NCBI GenBank assembly: GCA_963752595.1
Contig: CAVVYZ010000002.1
Coordinates: 96,001-160,000 of the forward strand
From: an uncultured delta proteobacterium
GTDB lineage: Bacteria > Desulfobacterota > Desulfomonilia > UBA1062
Length of the DNA: 64,000 nt
Direction of reading: 5' to 3'
Shown here: in pieces, positions 1-9,621 of the stretch
Layout: every line of letters begins with the position of its first letter
Numbering within the stretch: the stretch's first letter is position 1
The notes under the pieces: model-generated
What the model saw: only the letters and a program-made list of their open reading frames with translations
What the model was told of the DNA's origin: nothing
The model's database searches: none
Translations under genes and position numbers: made by a program

Positions 1-8
1 TTCATCCT

Positions 9-1277
9 TTGAAGAAGAATCAGGAACACCGGATAGAAATGATCCTTGATACGGTGCCATACGGCATATTACATCTCGACGCGGTAGACACTGTCACGGA
101 AACCAGGATCGATCAGACGCGTATTCCTTGTAATAAGGAAGCCAACTACGACTTGGAGATCATCCGGAAGAGACAGGATTTCATCGAGAGCTTTTCCGGA
201 ACCACACTCCATCATATTAAGCAGCATTCGTTCGATCCTGCGGTCACCAAAGGGAACATCGAGAATTTCACCGGCGTGGCCCAGGTGCCCATGGGATTTG
301 CCGGCCCTATCAAAGTCAACGGCGAATATGCAAAAGGCGAGTTCATAATCCCGTTGTGTACGAGTGAGGGCACCCTGGTCGCTTCCTACAACCGGGGGAT
401 GAAGCTCATCAATATGAGCGGCGGCGTAACGGTCACGATCGTAGAAGATCACATGCAGCGAGCCCCGGTATTCGTATTCGAATCCACCAGGCAGGCGCGT
501 GATTTCTCGCTCTGGCTCGATGAAAATATGGACGAAATCCGCAAACAGGCGGAATCGGCTTCCAAGGTGGCAAAGCTCCTCGATATCGAGAAATACCTGG
601 CAAGCAAATTCGTCTACTTGCGCTTCAACTACTTTACCGGTGACGCTGCTGGGCAGAACATGGTGAGCATGGCCACTTTCCTGGCATGCAGCTGGATCCT
701 TGCCCAGTACAAGGGAATCGAGCATTTCTACATGGATTCGAACATGACGACCGACAAGAAGTGCTCGCAGATCAATACGCTGAAGACCAGAGGGAAGAGG
801 GTTGTCGCAGAGATCACCATTCCCCGCGACATCCTGATCCATCAGATGAGGGTTGACCCCGATACGCTGGTTCACTTGAGCCAGGTTGCGAATCTCGGGG
901 CCTTCATGGCAGGTTCCAGCAGCAACGGGCTGCATTCTGCCAATGCCCTTGCTGCAGTGTTCATTGCAACCGGCCAGGACGTCGCCAATCTGGCTGAATC
1001 TTCAACCGGTCTCATTTACGCTGAGGTCACGCCGAACGGCGATCTCTATGTATCTCTGACTCTTCCTTCCCTTATCGTAGCTACGTACGGAGGGGGGACA
1101 GGGCTTCCGACGCAGAAAGAATGCCTGGAGGTTCTTGGATGCTATGGTCAGGGCAAGGTTAAAAAGTTCGCGGAACTCGTTGCCGCAGTGGCCCTTGCAG
1201 GGGAGCTCTCCCTGGCATCGGCGCTCTCATCACTAGATTGGGTGACCAGCCATGAGAGGCTGGGGAAAAACAGGTAA
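9..1277 (+). CDS. hmgA: Hydroxymethylglutaryl-CoA reductase homolog (class I-like)
   Basis: Motifs ENFTG..QVPMG.AGP, TSEGTLVAS.NRG, TGDAAGQNM, DKK, ATGQD.A, GGGT, GELS and the C-terminal His in SHERLG. The start is uncertain because it lies at the window edge. Confidence 0.85.
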   Translation: MKKNQEHRIEMILDTVPYGILHLDAVDTVTETRIDQTRIPCNKEANYDLEIIRKRQDFIESFSGTTLHHIKQHSFDPAVTKGNIENFTGVAQVPMGFAGPIKVNGEYAKGEFIIPLCTSEGTLVASYNRGMKLINMSGGVTVTIVEDHMQRAPVFVFESTRQARDFSLWLDENMDEIRKQAESASKVAKLLDIEKYLASKFVYLRFNYFTGDAAGQNMVSMATFLACSWILAQYKGIEHFYMDSNMTTDKKCSQINTLKTRGKRVVAEITIPRDILIHQMRVDPDTLVHLSQVANLGAFMAGSSSNGLHSANALAAVFIATGQDVANLAESSTGLIYAEVTPNGDLYVSLTLPSLIVATYGGGTGLPTQKECLEVLGCYGQGKVKKFAELVAAVALAGELSLASALSSLDWVTSHERLGKNR

Positions 1278-1300
1278 AGGAACCTTAAGGGAGGATATTT

Positions 1301-2377
1301 ATGGAGACAAGTATTCAGTTCGCGTCCGTCAGTGCACAGGTTCTGGAAAAACCGTATACGAGAGTAATTCCTCTTGAGACGCACAAGACGAAGAAGCGGT
1401 TCAGAGAGATCGGCATCGACATGTTCAGCTTCGAGGAACGCGTTGAATACCTCAAGAAATACGGCAATCACTGCATGTCATTCTCACAGTTTCAGCGGGA
1501 CATGCATTATTTCGACATCTCGGGGATCGGCTACATCGCCTACCGGAAGAAATGGGCTGCGCGGTATGTACTGGCAGATCCGGTTTGTGACGAAAAGGAT
1601 CGGGAATATATCATCGGTGAGTTTCTCAAAGATAAAACCCATACGGCCTTTATCCAGATTTCCGAACCGGTTGCCGAACTGATTCATGAAAAGTTCGGGT
1701 ATTATTCAAGCCAGTTCGGCGTGGAGACCGTCGTCGACCTCAAAACCTGGGATGTGAAGGGGAAAAAGAAGCAGGTTCTTCGCACCTCCGTCAACAAGGC
1801 ACAAAAGGACGGTGTCCGGTTCGTCGAGATGAGTGAAGACGCATATGATGACAGTCTCACAAAGGAGTGGATGCGCACCAGGAAAGTAAAGAACAAGGAA
1901 GTCGTGTTTCTCATCAGGCCTAAGGATCAGGAATACCAGGAGGGGACGAGGAAATTCTATGCATTCCTGGGTGAAGAACTCCTCGGATATATCCACTTCG
2001 ATCCGGCGTATGAAAATGGAAAGGTTCTGGGCTATGTTCCAAACATCTCCCGGTTCTCCCCCAAGTTCAAACAGGGGATCTTCTATCCGCTCATGGTTCA
2101 TGCCATGGAGGCATTCAAGAAGGAAGGTACGCCGTATCTTTACCTTGGGATCTCTCCTGCGGTTGTGGATGACAAAGACAAGCCCTGTGAATCCAAGATC
2201 TTCAAGATTTTCGTCAGGCTTCTTTTCAAGTACGGGAATATGTTCTACAGTTTCAAGGGCCTGCACTTCACCAAGTCGAGGTTCCAGGGCGAAGATGTGA
2301 AGACCTTCTGTGCACATAGGGAAATGCTGCCCACTAGGTCTTTCCTCACCGTTTTCCACATGTGCAACATCATCTAG
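1301..2377 (+). CDS. Stand-alone DUF2156 (MprF C-terminal / aminoacyl-tRNA-dependent transferase) domain protein
   Basis: VLADPVC, F.QI, GVETVVDL..W..KGKK...LR..VNKA and YSFKGLHFTKSRF fit the LPG_synthase_C pattern. There are no TM helices. GGAGG RBS upstream. Confidence 0.75.
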   Translation: METSIQFASVSAQVLEKPYTRVIPLETHKTKKRFREIGIDMFSFEERVEYLKKYGNHCMSFSQFQRDMHYFDISGIGYIAYRKKWAARYVLADPVCDEKDREYIIGEFLKDKTHTAFIQISEPVAELIHEKFGYYSSQFGVETVVDLKTWDVKGKKKQVLRTSVNKAQKDGVRFVEMSEDAYDDSLTKEWMRTRKVKNKEVVFLIRPKDQEYQEGTRKFYAFLGEELLGYIHFDPAYENGKVLGYVPNISRFSPKFKQGIFYPLMVHAMEAFKKEGTPYLYLGISPAVVDDKDKPCESKIFKIFVRLLFKYGNMFYSFKGLHFTKSRFQGEDVKTFCAHREMLPTRSFLTVFHMCNII

Positions 2378-2381
2378 CGAT

Positions 2382-2422
2382 AAAAAGCCTGCAGACTGTT
2401 GTTAGGTGGACAGTCTGCAGGC
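2382..2422. terminator. Intrinsic terminator between convergent genes
   Basis: Perfect 13-bp inverted repeat GCCTGCAGACTGT / ACAGTCTGCAGGC (2387-2422). A5 on the left gives a U-tract on the minus strand. Confidence 0.7.
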
Positions 2423-2438
2423 CCTTGTATGATTTATC

Positions 2439-3110
2439 TCAGAACGCGCTTTGCTTCTTGAAATCCAAAATGGGCCAATGCGATTCCAATGCAGCTTTCC
2501 TCAATTTCATGTCCGGGTTGGTTGCGATGGGGTAACCAACCACTTTCATCAAGGCGACATCAAATGAGGAATCCGTGTAAAAATAGCTCCGTGCGAGGTC
2601 GACTCCGTTTTCTTCCGCCCAGACTTGTGCATAGAACTTTTTGCCTTCACCATAGCATAACGGCTTCACGAGCTTTCCTGTCAGGATACCGTTTTTTATT
2701 TCTACCCGGGAGCAGATGACATCGGGGATCTGCAGCACATGAGCCATAGGCTTGACAAAAAATATCGGCGAATTGGAAATGATCACCACGCGCCGTCCCT
2801 TTTCCTTGTGGCCTCTTATGAGATCAAGGGCCTCTTTATAAATCGCTTTTTTCAGGGTTTCCTCGAACCATGCGGTGCAGAAATTATCCATGTCCTGAAG
2901 CTTCGTACCTGAAAGCATTTCCATGTTTTTTTCGTACCAGTGCTCGATGTTGAGCAACGACAGCCGGTAGAGGACGATCTTGAACATGCTTTTGAGCACA
3001 TGGCCTGTGGGTATTATTCCCTTGGCTCCGGCAAACCGTACAAACGATAATCCGGAATTCTCCCAGGTAATGGTGTGGTCCATGTCGAAAAAGGCAGCCG
3101 CATCTCCCAT
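2439..3110 (-). CDS. HAD-IB family hydrolase (SerB/lipid-metabolism type)
   Basis: AAFFDMDHT motif I, IISNS motif II, GEGK and SYFYTDSSFD motif IV. Confidence 0.85.
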   Translation of the reverse strand: MGDAAAFFDMDHTITWENSGLSFVRFAGAKGIIPTGHVLKSMFKIVLYRLSLLNIEHWYEKNMEMLSGTKLQDMDNFCTAWFEETLKKAIYKEALDLIRGHKEKGRRVVIISNSPIFFVKPMAHVLQIPDVICSRVEIKNGILTGKLVKPLCYGEGKKFYAQVWAEENGVDLARSYFYTDSSFDVALMKVVGYPIATNPDMKLRKAALESHWPILDFKKQSAF

Positions 3111-3344
3111 ATATATGGCTCATAACAGAGCAGGGCATCCAATGCAATAAGAGCTGGTTAAGATACCCTGATAATGGATATAAGCCTTTGTGTGTTTCCC
3201 CACAATAACGTTTGAGCTTACTTTTGTTGAGAATTTTAAAGGCTATTGCCCCCCCCGGACGGGGACCCTTCGCAGGATTGACTTTTCCTGTGTTGTATGG
3301 TTGGACTCTCTCACTGAGCCGGAAAGGGTTTACGGGGTGCGGCG

Positions 3345-4268
3345 GTGATCGTTGTTGAGAATCTCACCAAATATTATGGTTCCAAAATTGCGATTGAGGA
3401 TGTGACGTTTACCGTAAATCGGGGTGAAGTACTCGGTTTCCTTGGGCCCAACGGTGCCGGCAAATCCACGACCATGAAGGTTATCGCCTCATTCATGCCT
3501 CCTACTTCAGGCAGCGTCAGGATCATGGGTTATGATACGGTGAGAGATTCTCTGGAAGCCAGGAAATGCATCGGTTACCTCCCTGAGAATACGCCGTTGT
3601 ATTCGAAGATGACAGTGGAGTCGTTTCTTGGATTTGCTGCAAAAGCAAAAGGTGTGAAGAAAGAGAATATCTCATCCCAGATCAAGGGGACGATCTCCGA
3701 CCTTGGCCTGGCGGAAGTAAGAGGCAAGAATATCGAGACCCTCTCCAAGGGATACCGGCAGAGGGTAGGCTTTGCGCAGGCGCTGATCGGGGATCCCCCG
3801 GTCCTTATACTCGACGAACCGACCATCGGGCTTGATGCTAGGCAGAGCCGGGAGATCGAGCAGCTGATAAAAGACTTGTCCGGATGGAAAACCATGATCA
3901 TTTCCTCCCATAACCTTTCGGAGATAAGCAGGCTCTGTGACAGGGTTGCGTTCATCAACAAAGGCAGAATCGTAGCTGTAGACGCCCCGAGGGATCTGAC
4001 CGAAAGATACCGGAATCATACAAGCATAACCGTAAAGGTCGGAGACAAGGCAAAAGAGGCATTAAAGACCATATGCGGCATAGAAGGTGTTCTATCTATC
4101 TTGATTTTAAATTCTTCAATGCTCAAGGTCGACACCATCAGGGAAACAGATTTGCGGCCGGTACTGGCCAACGCGCTTGTGAGTGCCGGTATTCCGCTTC
4201 TGGAACTCGTCCGTGATGAAACAATCCTTGAGGATATTTTCATGGAGATCACCAGGGAGGCAAACTAG
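3345..4268 (+). CDS. ABC transporter ATP-binding protein (GldA-like)
   Basis: Walker A GPNGAGKST, LSKGYRQRVG signature, ILDEPT. Confidence 0.9.
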   Translation: MIVVENLTKYYGSKIAIEDVTFTVNRGEVLGFLGPNGAGKSTTMKVIASFMPPTSGSVRIMGYDTVRDSLEARKCIGYLPENTPLYSKMTVESFLGFAAKAKGVKKENISSQIKGTISDLGLAEVRGKNIETLSKGYRQRVGFAQALIGDPPVLILDEPTIGLDARQSREIEQLIKDLSGWKTMIISSHNLSEISRLCDRVAFINKGRIVAVDAPRDLTERYRNHTSITVKVGDKAKEALKTICGIEGVLSILILNSSMLKVDTIRETDLRPVLANALVSAGIPLLELVRDETILEDIFMEITREAN

Positions 4269-5030
4269 GTGCGGAGTATCTACTTCAAAGAGTTGTCCAT
4301 TTACTTCTCATCGCCGCTCTTTTATGTGATAGCCGCAGTATTCGCGTGCATATCGGGTATTTATTTCTGCAATGCCATGGCTTATGTAAGCCTCCTCTCG
4401 GCGACTATAACTCATTACCAGGCCTTCCACAGGATAAGCATGGATAACGTGCTTGTCCAACCCATATTTTCAGACTTGAGCATGCTTGTTGTGTTTCTCA
4501 CTCCTCTTATCTCCATGCGCCTCTACGCGGAAGAGAGGGCAGAAGGAACGATTGAGCTTCTCTTCACGTATCCTGTGAGCGATTTGAAGGTCCTCCTGGG
4601 TAAGTATCTCTCGGGATTAACCATCCTCACGATCATGTTGTTCCTCACTCTGCCCCTTATGGGCATCATGGCCGTGGTCACATGGCCGAACTGGGGCCTT
4701 GTCTCCTCTTCTTATCTGGGGCTGACGCTTCTGGCCGGAGCGATACTCTCTATGGGGCTCTTCTTCTCCAGCCTGACAAGAAATCAGATTGTCGCAGCAG
4801 CTTTTACCATCGGGCTGATCCTTGTCTTCTGGTCGATCGGCTGGTTCTCGGCGGTTTTCCTTGACGGCACGGCCGGGACGCTGTTGAGGGAGCTATCGTT
4901 TGTGAACCATATATCGCCCTTTCTCAAAGGATCGGTATCGTTGAAAGACATTGTCTTTTTCATCGAATTCTCATTATTCTTTCTCGTGCTCACCTTCGAG
5001 GTTATTGAATCGAACAGGTGGAAAGGATAG
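4269..5030 (+). CDS. ABC-2 type permease (GldF-like)
   Basis: KEL..YF.SP, MRLYAEER..GTIELLFT.P, LGKY; about six TM segments. Confidence 0.88.
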   Translation: MRSIYFKELSIYFSSPLFYVIAAVFACISGIYFCNAMAYVSLLSATITHYQAFHRISMDNVLVQPIFSDLSMLVVFLTPLISMRLYAEERAEGTIELLFTYPVSDLKVLLGKYLSGLTILTIMLFLTLPLMGIMAVVTWPNWGLVSSSYLGLTLLAGAILSMGLFFSSLTRNQIVAAAFTIGLILVFWSIGWFSAVFLDGTAGTLLRELSFVNHISPFLKGSVSLKDIVFFIEFSLFFLVLTFEVIESNRWKG

Positions 5031-5033
5031 GGG

Positions 5034-6377
5034 ATGGGGCAAAATTGTAAGAATATCTTTCGCGCCGTTCTCTTTGTCCTTATCTTCGGGGTAATACTCC
5101 TGATCGGCTATCTCACAGCCATACAACACGAAAAGAGGTGGGACCTGAGCCGGGCCGGGCAGAACACCCTCGATACCAGGTCGAAAAGAATCGTGAGTTC
5201 CATACCCTTTGATGTGCGGATAATAGCATTCTGCACGCTTGGAGAAATGGAAAAGATTTCCAGAGCCCTCCTTGATCTCTACAGACTGGAATCCAGTCAT
5301 ATACAATACGAAGTGGCAGACCCGGATGCCAGGCCGGTCCTTGCCCGGCAATACGGCATCAGCCATTACGGGCAGGCGGCTCTTCTGGGAAGGGGCAGGA
5401 TCGTCACGATAGATGCGATAACGGAAGAGGGAATATCCAATGCCTTGATCAAACTCCAGAGGAACAGGAGGAAAAATGTCTATGTACTTTCCGGTCATGG
5501 AGAGCCGGAAATCTCGGAGACCGGCAAGGGCGGCCTTTCTCACCTCGTAAAAGCCCTGGAGCGGGATGACTGCGAGGTAAAAGAGCTTTTTCTCATGCGT
5601 CAGGGCGAGATACCTAAGGACGCCGACCTGCTCATGGTGCCCGGGCCGCAGGTTTCCCTCATGCCTGAAGAGATTGATGCCGTACGCTTGTATCTGGAAC
5701 GAGGGGGGAATGCGTTCATCGCCTTGGAGCCTCAGAGGGACGGAGGGCTCAAGAATCTCCTGGCAGAAAACGGGGTGGTCATGGATAATGCCGCTATCAC
5801 TGATCCTTCCACGAAAGTGCTCGGAAGCGATGCTTTCGTGCCGGTGGTGAATTCGTACGGCCAGGTAGGGGAACTGGGCAGGTTCCGTCTTGCAACCGTT
5901 TTCCCCACTGCAAGGCCTTTGTGGATAAAGAATAAGCCACCGCACAGCATAACCGTATCCTGGATTGCAAGGACTTCGGACCGGAGCCGGGCTGAAAATG
6001 GCAAGGGCGCTTCTTCTGAGCCGATACAACCCGCATCAGATCCTTCCGATGGAAAAGGCCCACTGAATGTTGCACTTTATATAAGGAAAATCTTGAGCGA
6101 ACAGACAGAATCCCGTGCCGTTATCTTCGGGGATGCGGATTTCCTTACGAATACCTACCTGAACATATCAGGAAACAAGGATCTGGCAATGAACTGCATC
6201 TATATGCTGCTCGAAGAGGGCCACCTTATTACCATTGATTCCAAAGAAGCCGGAAGCCGGCCTTTTATTCTGACTCCGGTACAGAGCGCTCTTTTGTTCT
6301 GGACCTCTGCAGTGATCATTCCATCCCTGATTCTTACTCCCGTTTTATTCCTCAACCGGAGAAGAAACAGGGCATGA
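5034..6377 (+). CDS. GldG-like ABC auxiliary membrane protein
   Basis: RWDLS...NTL, YVLSGHGE, DADLL..GP, FGDADF..N....GN.DL..N; N- and C-terminal TM helices. Confidence 0.85.
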   Translation: MGQNCKNIFRAVLFVLIFGVILLIGYLTAIQHEKRWDLSRAGQNTLDTRSKRIVSSIPFDVRIIAFCTLGEMEKISRALLDLYRLESSHIQYEVADPDARPVLARQYGISHYGQAALLGRGRIVTIDAITEEGISNALIKLQRNRRKNVYVLSGHGEPEISETGKGGLSHLVKALERDDCEVKELFLMRQGEIPKDADLLMVPGPQVSLMPEEIDAVRLYLERGGNAFIALEPQRDGGLKNLLAENGVVMDNAAITDPSTKVLGSDAFVPVVNSYGQVGELGRFRLATVFPTARPLWIKNKPPHSITVSWIARTSDRSRAENGKGASSEPIQPASDPSDGKGPLNVALYIRKILSEQTESRAVIFGDADFLTNTYLNISGNKDLAMNCIYMLLEEGHLITIDSKEAGSRPFILTPVQSALLFWTSAVIIPSLILTPVLFLNRRRNRA

Positions 6378-7636
6378 ATGCGCGTGTATTAATCCTCTGC
6401 AGCATCACCTGTATCTGTCTTATTGCCTGGTACGCATATGTTGAGATGCATCTACCTTCAAGGAAAGGCGGGGAAGTACGGCAGGCGCAGAAACTGTTCC
6501 CCATTGAAAAGAAAGATATCCTCGGCATCACTGTCAGGGGAGACTCCCTGGTATGCCTGGAAAGATACGGATCGGTCTGGTGGATTACTGCACCCATACA
6601 GACCCAGGCTGATCAAAAGGAAGTAGGCAACCTCATCTCTTCCATAATAAACCTGAGGAACGTCCGGTCTCTGGGAGCTGATGACAGACATGGCCAGTTC
6701 GGTCTGGAAATGCCCGGTCTCATGTATGCCTTGCGCACCATGAAGGGTGAGTACATCCTTTCGATCAGCGATAAGACGCCTACCTCCCATTTTTTTTATG
6801 CCAAGGTCTCGGGAAGACCGGATATCATTCTCATTCCTGCTCAGAAGATGGCCGGCCTCGCGAAGGATTTTTTCAGCCTGCAGAATAAACATCTGGTTGC
6901 AATGAGTGAGGTGGATGTGAACAGGCTGAAGTTTGTTAAGCATGGAATGATCGCCGAGTTCATGCGTGATCCATCTGGAATATGGCACCTTTCAGCAGAT
7001 GACGGCAGAAGGGTCGATCAGAAAAGGGTCGGCATGTTTATCCACAATATTTGCGGAAGCGAGGCTCTGGCATACCTCGAGAATCAAGGGGTGCCTGAAA
7101 CCCCGGACGCCGTCATAGAGCTTTCCTCGCCGACACACACAGAAAAGATCGATATCTGGGAGCAGGACGGCAATGTGTATACTGTTGCAAGCCTCAAGAA
7201 AAACAAGGTCCGGATCGATGGTTCTCTCCTGGAAATGATCCCTGTCGAAGCAGGCGATGTACTGGACAAGGCTTTTATCGCACTCGCAGAGAAAAGGGTC
7301 GGCAAGATAGCGCTGTCAGGAAAGGAAGAAAGGGTTTTCTCGAAGCACGGCAACCAATGGTATGCAGGGAAAGAGAAGATAGATGATTCATCGGCATTGA
7401 ATTCCTTTATCAGGCAGTTAAACAGCCTTGAATATGTTGACGAATATTTGAGGATCCCGAAAGAAGCAGGCAGGAAACTGGGTATCCGGATTTACTATGA
7501 GGGCACATCTCCCGCCTTTGACATCACAATATATTCCCAGTATTATGTGACGGTCGGTGGTAAAATCTATCGTATCAATGAAGGTGATATGGAGAATTTG
7601 AGAAAATCAGCGGATGCGCTGTTTGAAGGAGCGTGA
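6374..7636 (+). CDS. DUF4340-type periplasmic protein
   Basis: N-terminal TM, W.ITAP...AD, FGL..P, G/D.TP..FFYA; typical fourth gene of GldAFG-like operons; ATGA overlap. Confidence 0.7.
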   Translation: MNARVLILCSITCICLIAWYAYVEMHLPSRKGGEVRQAQKLFPIEKKDILGITVRGDSLVCLERYGSVWWITAPIQTQADQKEVGNLISSIINLRNVRSLGADDRHGQFGLEMPGLMYALRTMKGEYILSISDKTPTSHFFYAKVSGRPDIILIPAQKMAGLAKDFFSLQNKHLVAMSEVDVNRLKFVKHGMIAEFMRDPSGIWHLSADDGRRVDQKRVGMFIHNICGSEALAYLENQGVPETPDAVIELSSPTHTEKIDIWEQDGNVYTVASLKKNKVRIDGSLLEMIPVEAGDVLDKAFIALAEKRVGKIALSGKEERVFSKHGNQWYAGKEKIDDSSALNSFIRQLNSLEYVDEYLRIPKEAGRKLGIRIYYEGTSPAFDITIYSQYYVTVGGKIYRINEGDMENLRKSADALFEGA

Positions 7637-8185
7637 ATGAGGGAGAATATGCAAGGGAGACGCCCGACGTGGGATGAATATTTCATGATGCTTGCCAAGC
7701 TGACCGCTTCCCGCTCCACCTGTCTGTCGCGCCCCACCGGTGCCGTGGTGGTCAAGGACAGGCAGGTCCTGGCCAGCGGCTATAACGGCTCGCTTCCGGG
7801 TGAGGGACATTGCATGGATGATGGTGTATGCTTCAGGAGGTCGGTCGCCTGGTCCGAGGAGGCCAAGTATGATATGTGCAGATCGGCCCATGCAGAGGCG
7901 AATGCCATAGCGCTCGCGGCAAAAAAAGGGGTTTCCCTCGAAGGCGGAAGCATCTACTGCACCCTCGAGCCGTGCATTACCTGTGCTAAGCTCATTATCA
8001 TGTCAGGGATAAGCAGGGTGATCTTTGAGCATTCCTATGATTCACCCATCCCCGAGCGGGATAAATACTGGAAATCGGTGCTCTCCTCCAGTCACATCAC
8101 TGTGGAGCAGGTTATTTTGAATGATGAAAAACTCCGATATGCAGTCGGATTTCTTGAGGCAGATACATCGAAGAGGAGGATATAA
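7637..8185 (+). CDS. dCMP deaminase (ComEB family, Zn-dependent)
   Basis: RPTWDEYFM, RSTC, GAV, GYNG, HAEANA and PCITC. Confidence 0.9.
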   Translation: MRENMQGRRPTWDEYFMMLAKLTASRSTCLSRPTGAVVVKDRQVLASGYNGSLPGEGHCMDDGVCFRRSVAWSEEAKYDMCRSAHAEANAIALAAKKGVSLEGGSIYCTLEPCITCAKLIIMSGISRVIFEHSYDSPIPERDKYWKSVLSSSHITVEQVILNDEKLRYAVGFLEADTSKRRI

Positions 8186-8186
8186 C

Positions 8187-8771
8187 GTGGTATTGGGGGC
8201 TGACAAGATCGTACGCATGACCAGAGACGGCATACGAGTAGAGGATCATGGTTCCGGGCAATCGGCAATAAAACCATTGATCGAGTATATCGGACAAGAC
8301 CAGATCGAGCAGATCGAGGGGACTACGGCGGATTTGAGGCTTGGCGCCATTTTTCGTCCCGTAGGCTCTGCGCGGCTCATGAGAGACAGCCGCATCACCC
8401 CGAGGATCGAGAAGATCATGGACATCGAGGAATCTCCTGACGGTGTTTACCGCATATCCGGCGGCGAATACCTGCTGTTCCAGACCATCGAGCAGGTCAA
8501 CCTGCCCCATGATCTGTTCGCCTATATCAGGCCGCGCACTACGCTCATCCGGTCCGGAATTCCTCTGGAAACAGCCTTTATCTCGCCCAACTATCAGGGC
8601 AGGCTCACCGTGGGCATGAAGCACCAGGGCATCGGCGAGGTGGAGATCCAGATGGGATTCAGAATTTTATGTATCGCCTTCTACCCCATCGACGGGGAAG
8701 CGGTTCCCTACCGGGGGGTATGGCAGGGAGACAGGGTATCGACAAACGGGGAAGAGGAGAGACCATTTTGA
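8187..8771 (+). CDS. Trimeric dUTPase/dCTP deaminase superfamily protein (divergent)
   Basis: DLRLG, E.VNLP, PRTTLIRSG, P.YQG and C-terminal YRGVWQG. GTG start at 8187 follows a GAGGAGG RBS; the track start at 8121 is an over-extension. Confidence 0.75.
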   Translation: MVLGADKIVRMTRDGIRVEDHGSGQSAIKPLIEYIGQDQIEQIEGTTADLRLGAIFRPVGSARLMRDSRITPRIEKIMDIEESPDGVYRISGGEYLLFQTIEQVNLPHDLFAYIRPRTTLIRSGIPLETAFISPNYQGRLTVGMKHQGIGEVEIQMGFRILCIAFYPIDGEAVPYRGVWQGDRVSTNGEEERPF

Positions 8772-9490
8772 AGTATTTCACACGTGAACTGGAGCATATT
8801 GAAAGGTGGAAGGACTTGAGGAAGGAGCTTTTCAGGAATGAAGAACCTGCCGTCAAGCTCATCGGGATGACGACCCCGAGCGAGGAGATGGCCTCCCAGG
8901 GGGTTACGACAGAGACATTGCCCGCATATACGGCCCGTCAGAGTCACGAATCCGACGGTACGTACGAGGATGACCTGAAGCTCAATAAAAAACTCATATC
9001 CTGGGGACACCACACATGTCTGGAAGCCGTGCAGTTCGTTTATTATGTGACGGGGGTATCCAAGTCACTGGCAGGGCAGTGGACCCGCCACAGGATCGGG
9101 ATCGGGTGGACGTTCCGCTCCACCAGGTATGTGAAGGCAAACAAAAACATGTTCATCTATCCGGCGCTGGAGTATATGGATTCGGATGATGCTGTCCGGA
9201 CCGCCTATGGGATCTATGAGCGGGAGCACAAGCGGGCGATGGATGTCTATGATGAGCTGAAAGGACTTGGCGTACGAAACCAGGAATTGCGCAGGCTCAT
9301 GCCGGTGGGCTGGTCAACGGCTGCCTATGTGTATGTGAATGCAAGGTCTTTACGGCACTTCTTTGAGCTGAGGCTGGATAAATCCGCCGAGTGGGAAATC
9401 CGGAGGCTCGCTTACACGATGTTCAACGATGCCATGGGCATCGCACCCACACTCTTTGAAGACCTCACGGGTGATGAAACTTCCGGGTAG
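8768..9490 (+). CDS. thyX: FAD-dependent thymidylate synthase
   Basis: GHHTCLE, QWTRHRIGIGWTFRSTRY (RHR-x8-S-x-RY), NARSLRHFFELR and WEIR. TTG start overlaps the upstream stop, with a GAGGAG RBS. Confidence 0.88.
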   Translation: MKYFTRELEHIERWKDLRKELFRNEEPAVKLIGMTTPSEEMASQGVTTETLPAYTARQSHESDGTYEDDLKLNKKLISWGHHTCLEAVQFVYYVTGVSKSLAGQWTRHRIGIGWTFRSTRYVKANKNMFIYPALEYMDSDDAVRTAYGIYEREHKRAMDVYDELKGLGVRNQELRRLMPVGWSTAAYVYVNARSLRHFFELRLDKSAEWEIRRLAYTMFNDAMGIAPTLFEDLTGDETSG

Positions 9491-9621
9491 GAAGAAAAAA
9501 GAAGAGATATGGACGTGAATCCCATTTGTATGTCGGTTCATCTAAGACAGGCATGGAGATTTTCTTTATCAGGGGACAAGAAGCCGGTACGGTTCAATGC
9601 TAATGCCCCGGTAGGCAGTCG

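Noticed and set aside
3111-3344. Possible riboswitch in the leader of the ABC operon (C8 run, short stems)
   Set aside because: No recognisable aptamer consensus; it is more simply a divergent promoter region.
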